A stretch of 36,010 bases of DNA. It comes from Thermoleophilia bacterium (GTDB lineage: Bacteria > Actinomycetota > Thermoleophilia > BMS3ABIN01). A program made the translations under genes and the position numbers. Below are positions 32,380 to 36,010 of the stretch, in pieces (position 1 is the first letter of the stretch; each line of letters opens with the position of its first letter). The DNA lies in assembly GCA_030650885.1 (NCBI GenBank), contig JAUSDE010000197.1:1-36010 (forward strand), read 5' to 3'. The notes beneath the pieces were generated by a model. The model had not been told where the DNA came from. It saw only the letters and a list, made by a program, of their open reading frames with translations, and searched no databases.

Positions 32380-34833
32380 ATGAAGTTGTCTGGCAAAACC
32401 CGAAATTTCCTGTCGGTACCGTTAGCCCTGTTGACGGCCATATCGCTGCTCACCGCCGTGGCGCCGATTTCCCTGTCTGCAACAACTGGAAGCGCAGCCA
32501 CGGAAGTCTATACGGGTAATGATCCATTGCCACCGGCTGCAGATACTCCGCCAGCCGCACCTGCCGTAGATGTCACTTCCGGGAGCGAAAACCCGGGGGT
32601 CTCCACAGTAATTGACAAGCTACCAGTGTATTCGTCCACACCTGACGCTGTTATCAGCCTGCAGCTCGTGACCATGGCGGATACGACAGCACCCCTGATT
32701 ACCGGATATTCCCCTGCAAACGACGCAATAACGGGTTCATCGGTGGCCATAAGCGCCAGCTTTTACGATCCCGACCCTTCAGTCGGCATCAAGCTAAGCA
32801 CAGGCATGATACATGTGGATAACAGGCACCAGCCGGGCACAGTGGTCACGGAATCCGGAATATCCAACCTGAAATCGGGCCTGACCGAAGGCCAGCACAA
32901 GCTGGAGGCTTTTATCTGCGACAACAACTACAACTGCAGTGTGGCAACCTGGTATATCAATGTGGACACGACTGCACCGGTTATCTCCAACGCCCAGCCG
33001 ACCGGGACGATTAATTCCACAAGCGCGACAATCGCGGCATCTTTCACTGACGGCGCCGGAACCGGAGTCGATGTCACTTCGGCCAACGTGGTCATTGACG
33101 GCGTCAACATCGATTCATCATGCGGGATATCCGCTGACGGCGTCAGCTGTGATTCTGGCGTACTTGCGGAGGGTAACCACGATTTGCAGGTTGAAGTCTA
33201 TGATCTGGCAGGCTATAGGGCAGTGAGAAACTGGAGCTTCAGTGTCGACCTGGCCGCAATCGCCATAACCGGCCAGACACCAGCTCACAACAGCTGGCAA
33301 ACCTCCGCTTCTCCATCAATCGAGGCGGTTTTTCACCAGGCTGGCAGTGGCTTAATCGACACATCTTCCATCACGATGCTTCTGGACGGTGTGGATGTCA
33401 GCGCCGATGCCGGGCGCTCGTCCGGTGGAATCGTCTTCCTTCCGACATCGCAATTATCCCAGGGGGGACACACGATGATCGTCGCCCTGAGAGATGATCT
33501 GGGGCACGAGGGCAGGTGTGAGTGGAGTTTCACAGTCGACTCTCTGGCTCCTCAGATCCTTAATCAAACACCATCTGGAACTGCGGGCAACCAGCCGACC
33601 ATTTCCGCTCTCATGGCCGACACTGGCAGCGGTATTGATTCAGCTTCGGTCAATCTCACGGTGGATGGTATCAATGCTACCGACTCATCTGACGTGACTG
33701 TTAATCAGGTTACCTACATTCCACCTGAATCCCTTACCCCCGGCCCACACAGCGTTCAATTAGCAGTAAGAGATCTGGCCGGCAACCAGCAGACTTCGGC
33801 ATGGAATTTCAGCGTTTCTCAGCCTCCTGCTCCATCGCGTCCGGCCATCACGCCTCCCGTCGCAGGCCAGATGACCGTGGCGGAGTACTGGCAAAGTTAC
33901 AGTTCGATTTCCGGCCCTGAAGGCAACTGGATCATCTCCGGTTTTATGGCCTTCCCCAGCACTTACTACCTCCCGTGGTACGATTCCGGCCAGACCAATG
34001 GTCCCGTAAAGGACGAACTTGTTATTCGCAACGATGGCGCCGGCAGCGCGATAGTCAACGTCCTTCTTGGCGGCAAGGTCAAGTGGCAGGGAAAAGTCGA
34101 GGAAGGCGCAAGCGAGACCATTCACATTCCTGAAACCACCGGTGGTCCCGTGAAGATAATCTGCCCCTCTGGGCAGCCTCTGGAAGTTACCCATCGCTTG
34201 ACCGGAGAGAACGGCTTTGTCAGCGAAACTCCGGCATTAGCTGACACCGACATGGAATCTGTGCTGCTCCTGCCCTGGTACGAGACTCGCTCAACGGATG
34301 AAGGAAGCTCTTCGCTTGTTATCGCCAACGCCGGAAGTGTGGATGCGTCGGTCGATGTATATGTCGGCGACCCGGAAAAACCGGAGTCACTGAAAGGTCA
34401 CTATAACATCGGGCCTGATTCCGCAGCTAGAACGGTCCTTGCTGATACAAGCGGCGGCCCGCTTCGAATAATCTCCACAAATAACCAGCCTCTGCTCGCT
34501 GAGGTGCAGTTGGTCAACCGGGATACCATTTCGGAAACGATCGCTACCGGCATTTCACATGTGGCTGACAGTTTCAAATTCGAGGCTACCAACAGCAGCA
34601 CTCACCGGGCTTCAAAACTGATGGTTGGAAACGGTAGCGACCGGGACCTGCGGATTGAGGTCAGAATCGGCGATGAGCTCCTTCGTGATCCAGAAAATAC
34701 CGATAATGACTTTTTTACGATTCCCCGTCAGGGATTTGAATCAATCGCTTTGAACCCCGCTCCGGGTAAGTCAGTCGAAATTATCTGTACCGACTGTATG
34801 TATGGCGAAGGGCTCGTAGTTTCCAGGTTTTAG
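32380..34833 (+). CDS. Large secreted surface protein: 4 tandem Ig-like (Big_5-like) repeats + 3 tandem C-terminal beta-sandwich-like modules
   Basis: 817-aa ORF with a signal peptide ending ...ISLSATTGSAA. Four ~95-aa repeats begin DTTAPLITGYSPAND, DTTAPVISNAQPTGT, DLAAIAITGQTPAHN and DSLAPQILNQTPSGT. Three ~90-aa modules begin YYLPWYDSGQ, LLLPWYETRS and FKFEATNSS, each ending in a G-x-(V/L)-(K/R/E)-I-(I/C) strand. Confidence 0.82.
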   Translation: MKLSGKTRNFLSVPLALLTAISLLTAVAPISLSATTGSAATEVYTGNDPLPPAADTPPAAPAVDVTSGSENPGVSTVIDKLPVYSSTPDAVISLQLVTMADTTAPLITGYSPANDAITGSSVAISASFYDPDPSVGIKLSTGMIHVDNRHQPGTVVTESGISNLKSGLTEGQHKLEAFICDNNYNCSVATWYINVDTTAPVISNAQPTGTINSTSATIAASFTDGAGTGVDVTSANVVIDGVNIDSSCGISADGVSCDSGVLAEGNHDLQVEVYDLAGYRAVRNWSFSVDLAAIAITGQTPAHNSWQTSASPSIEAVFHQAGSGLIDTSSITMLLDGVDVSADAGRSSGGIVFLPTSQLSQGGHTMIVALRDDLGHEGRCEWSFTVDSLAPQILNQTPSGTAGNQPTISALMADTGSGIDSASVNLTVDGINATDSSDVTVNQVTYIPPESLTPGPHSVQLAVRDLAGNQQTSAWNFSVSQPPAPSRPAITPPVAGQMTVAEYWQSYSSISGPEGNWIISGFMAFPSTYYLPWYDSGQTNGPVKDELVIRNDGAGSAIVNVLLGGKVKWQGKVEEGASETIHIPETTGGPVKIICPSGQPLEVTHRLTGENGFVSETPALADTDMESVLLLPWYETRSTDEGSSSLVIANAGSVDASVDVYVGDPEKPESLKGHYNIGPDSAARTVLADTSGGPLRIISTNNQPLLAEVQLVNRDTISETIATGISHVADSFKFEATNSSTHRASKLMVGNGSDRDLRIEVRIGDELLRDPENTDNDFFTIPRQGFESIALNPAPGKSVEIICTDCMYGEGLVVSRF

Positions 34834-34835
34834 TC

Positions 34836-34861
34836 CTGTTCCAGACACGACCTGGAAACAG
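34836..34861 (+). terminator. Hairpin just after the stop of the 817-aa gene
   Basis: CTGTTCCAG-acacgac-CTGGAAACAG is a 9-bp stem with one extra A. No clear U tract follows. Confidence 0.3.
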
Positions 34862-34887
34862 TTCCAAAAGCTGATCCGTAGTACCAC

Positions 34888-34918
34888 TGTGGCATTTAAC
34901 ACACCCGATGTGCCAAAT
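34888..34918. promoter_or_regulatory. TGT-N10-ACA dyad plus ATGTGCCAAAT box; candidate bEBP enhancer (UAS)
   Basis: TGTG-gcatttaa-CACA sits at 34888-34903, with its centre ~167 bp upstream of the GG of the 35061 promoter. The 11-mer ATGTGCCAAAT at 34908-34918 is identical to 30923-30933. Confidence 0.45.
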
Positions 34919-35060
34919 CCTGTAACATTTGTAGGATTTCCCCGGAACAAACCTCGCGCTGGCCTGAAACCCGCATCTTCACTCGTCGTAAAAGTCGGTG
35001 ATCAAGGCCAACACGCTGAATTGCAGCAATTATTTCCCATTTTCATCTAACTGGATTACT

Positions 35061-35076
35061 TGGCATAAAACTTGCT
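35061..35076 (+). promoter_or_regulatory. Sigma-54 (-24/-12) promoter
   Basis: TGGCAT-aaaac-TTGCT. It is intergenic, ~70 nt upstream of ATG 35144, and shares the 11-mer CTTGCTTCATA with the promoter at 31100. Confidence 0.75.
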
Positions 35077-35143
35077 TCATAAAACGTATACAACCAGCAA
35101 TCCTGCAAACTCTTACATGATTGAAGGGAGGGAATTGAAATCA

Positions 35144-35602
35144 ATGAACAGCATAACAAGAACCATATTAGGCGCCGGCGTCATCGCCCTGGGAGGACTC
35201 ATCGCCATCACGCCACGCTACATTCTTCCCGTTTGTGAGCATTACGGAGTGCGCATGGATATAGGAATGGGCAATACCCTTCCCATGTCATGCTATTACA
35301 CGGAAAGAGCATCGCTCTTGATCGGTGTGATAATCGCCGTCATCGGCATCGCCATTATCATTGCCAGCCGCCCTGCAACACTGCGGCCACTGGCATTGAT
35401 ACTTGCGGGCGCCGGGGCCGCGACGATACTCATTCCGACCTGGCTCTTTCCCGTCTGTCACAACGCCGACATGCACTGCAATCAGGGCGCCAAGCCGGCA
35501 TTGATAGTACTGGGGATCATGGCGATGATCACTGCCGTCTGGCTTGGCATATCGTCAGCTGCTCCCGAAGAGATCTCGAAAAGCGCCGCCGAGACAAAAT
35601 AA
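35144..35602 (+). CDS. Small polytopic membrane protein with paired Cys motifs (DUF4418-like)
   Basis: The ORF-track start (TTG 35072) lies inside the sigma-54 promoter. ATG 35144 follows a GGGAGGG SD. MNSITRTILGAGVIALGGLIAITPRYILPVCEHYG...MSCYY...LFPVCHNADMHCNQGAKPAL shows four hydrophobic segments and a repeated PVC...M-x-C pattern. I recall this pattern from DUF4418 but cannot verify it here. Confidence 0.7.
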   Translation: MNSITRTILGAGVIALGGLIAITPRYILPVCEHYGVRMDIGMGNTLPMSCYYTERASLLIGVIIAVIGIAIIIASRPATLRPLALILAGAGAATILIPTWLFPVCHNADMHCNQGAKPALIVLGIMAMITAVWLGISSAAPEEISKSAAETK

Positions 35603-35695
35603 CGGCGCAAAAGTTTTAAATAAGCGACCCGGACCAAAGCAACAAACATCTGATAACCAGACAGTTAGTAGTTGAGAAGGAGGAAAGACCATACC

Positions 35696-36010
35696 ATGCA
35701 AGCGCGTTATAAACCGATGAAGTACCTGTTAATCCTGGCCTTCCTGGTGACGATTCTCGTCATGGGGGCAGGTTCCCTGGCCATGGCGGCTGGTGATGTT
35801 ACAGCGCCGTTAGTCACAAATGTCGTTCCTGCCAACGGAAGCATGATGTTCACGAACGGCAGTTCGACGATCTATTATCAGACTGGCAACACCACACCAC
35901 TGGTAATAAAAGCCGACTATAGCGACGAAGTTGGCGGAAGTGGTATCGATCCCTCCAGCGTAATGGTACATCTGGATGGTAGCAACATGCTTGATAATTG
36001 CCCAGTCCAG
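35696..36010 (+). CDS. Secreted Ig-like repeat protein, paralogous to the repeat unit of the 32380 gene; 3' end runs off the window
   Basis: Not in the ORF track because it is open at the right edge. A GAAGGAGGA SD lies 10 nt upstream of ATG 35696. MQARYKPMKYLLILAFLVTILVMGAGSLAMAAGDVTAPLVTNVVPANGS...GSGIDPSSVMVHLDGSNMLDNC matches the DTTAP...G(T/S)G(V/I)D...(I/L)DG pattern of the upstream protein. Confidence 0.75.
   Translation, partial: MQARYKPMKYLLILAFLVTILVMGAGSLAMAAGDVTAPLVTNVVPANGSMMFTNGSSTIYYQTGNTTPLVIKADYSDEVGGSGIDPSSVMVHLDGSNMLDNCPVQ

Noticed and set aside
35545-35559. Sigma-54-like match TGGCATatcgtCAGC upstream of the 35696 gene
   Set aside because: It lies inside the DUF4418-like coding sequence, its -12 box is poor (CAGC), and it has no upstream dyad. 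The downstream gene is more simply explained as co-transcribed from the 35061 promoter.
1-36010. CRISPR arrays, transposases, integrases, prophage or toxin-antitoxin genes
   Set aside because: No short regularly spaced repeats and no ORFs with such motifs were seen. The only repeats are coding LGFP and Ig-like repeats and the 15-bp triplet at 23235.

Overview
GC-rich bacterial chromosomal window. I can support 23 protein-coding genes and found no rRNA, tRNA, CRISPR array, transposase or integrase. All family calls are by-eye motif recognition, not database searches. (1) nt 1-16115: six consecutive minus-strand genes for signal-peptide proteins. Each joins a different head (GH73-type glucosaminidase; BNR/Asp-box propeller; CAP/SCP; GH26; M4 thermolysin-like protease plus P-domain; amidase_2 plus SpoIID) to an array of LGFP-type repeats. 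Three of them share a near-identical ~450-nt 3' module. The GH26 gene is preceded by what looks like a c-di-GMP-I (GEMM-I) riboswitch, which the ORF track reads through as a false N-terminal extension. (2) nt 16301-24097: GT4 glycosyltransferase, PolX, an HExxH protein, a coiled-coil protein, tRNA-dihydrouridine synthase (minus strand) and an ABC-2 exporter pair. (3) nt 24301-36010: rpoN is translationally coupled to a PAS histidine kinase and an NtrC-family sigma-54 activator, followed by a MacB/FtsX-type ABC pair and a small lipoprotein. Two near-consensus sigma-54 promoters follow (TGGCAC-N5-TTGC and TGGCAT-N5-TTGC, sharing CTTGCTTCATA). Each lies ~167-170 bp downstream of a TGT-N10-ACA dyad and drives genes for Ig-like-repeat surface proteins or a DUF4418-like membrane protein. 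Blocks (1) and (3) are my candidates for an undescribed system.
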